A stretch of 64,000 nucleotides of DNA, taken from assembly GCF_001194135.2 (NCBI RefSeq), contig NC_068989.1:38838765-38902764 (forward strand). The letters are read 5' to 3'. Below are positions 63,696 through 64,000 of this stretch, piece by piece. The number at the start of each line of letters is the position of its first letter. Within the stretch, counting starts at the first letter, position 1. Origin of the DNA: Octopus bimaculoides (taxonomy: Eukaryota). A program made the translations under genes and the position numbers. The notes below the pieces were generated by a model, which had not been told where the DNA came from, searched no databases, and saw nothing but the letters and a program-made list of their open reading frames with translations.

Positions 63696-64000
63696 CATCA
63701 TCATCATCATCATCATCGTTTAACGTCCGCTTTCCATGCTAGCATGGGTTGGACGATTTGACTGAGGACTGGTGAAACCGGATGGCAACACCAGGCTCCA
63801 GTCTAATTTGGCAGAGTTTCTACAGCTGGATGCCCTTCCTAACGCCAACCACTCAGAGAGTGTAGTGGGTGCTTTTACGTGTCACCCGCACGAAAACGGC
63901 CACGCTCGAAATGATGTATTTTACGTGCCACCCGCACAAGAGCCAGTCCAGGGGCACTGGCAATGATCTCGCTCAAAAATCCTACGGAGGCCAGTCAGGC
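63696..64000 (-). mobile_element. Family D short retroposon, young copy, running off the window
   Basis: (CAT)n-CGTTTAACGTCCGCTTTCCATGCTAGCATGGGTTGG; CpGs retained. Confidence 0.92.

Noticed and set aside
1-64000. CRISPR arrays, rRNA genes, prokaryotic operons
   Set aside because: No repeat-spacer arrays or rRNA motifs; the sequence is eukaryotic repeat-rich DNA.

Overview
AT-rich (roughly one-third GC by eye), repeat-saturated eukaryotic DNA with about ten N gaps, mostly beside (TA)n tracts. The SINE families match repeats I recall from octopus (cephalopod) genomes; this is an inference, not a database result. I found no supportable host protein-coding exon. Nearly all ORFs in the track are microsatellite, gap or decayed-transposon artefacts. 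Recognisable content: four tRNA-headed SINE families and a (GAT)n-tailed family; decayed RTE and R4/Dong-like LINEs; a Helitron Rep/PIF1 helicase pseudogene (33.2-36.0 kb); a Tigger/pogo transposase pseudogene (58.1-59.6 kb); two Tc1/mariner-pogo MITEs; and four Penelope-like element (PLE) fragments. The strongest signal is a set of type I hammerhead ribozyme (HHR) motifs at 14.4, 14.5, 17.5, 32.6, 36.1, 39.9 and 43.2 kb. Two lie in PLE 3' regions. Others lie in short non-coding carriers, including a tRNA-headed SINE with a hammerhead inserted as a head-to-head palindrome between 14-bp target-site duplications. A second oddity is a run of ~150-bp repeats in the Helitron 3' region, each carrying a hairpin resembling the histone mRNA stem-loop. 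All alignments and folds were done by eye, and boundaries of old repeats are approximate.
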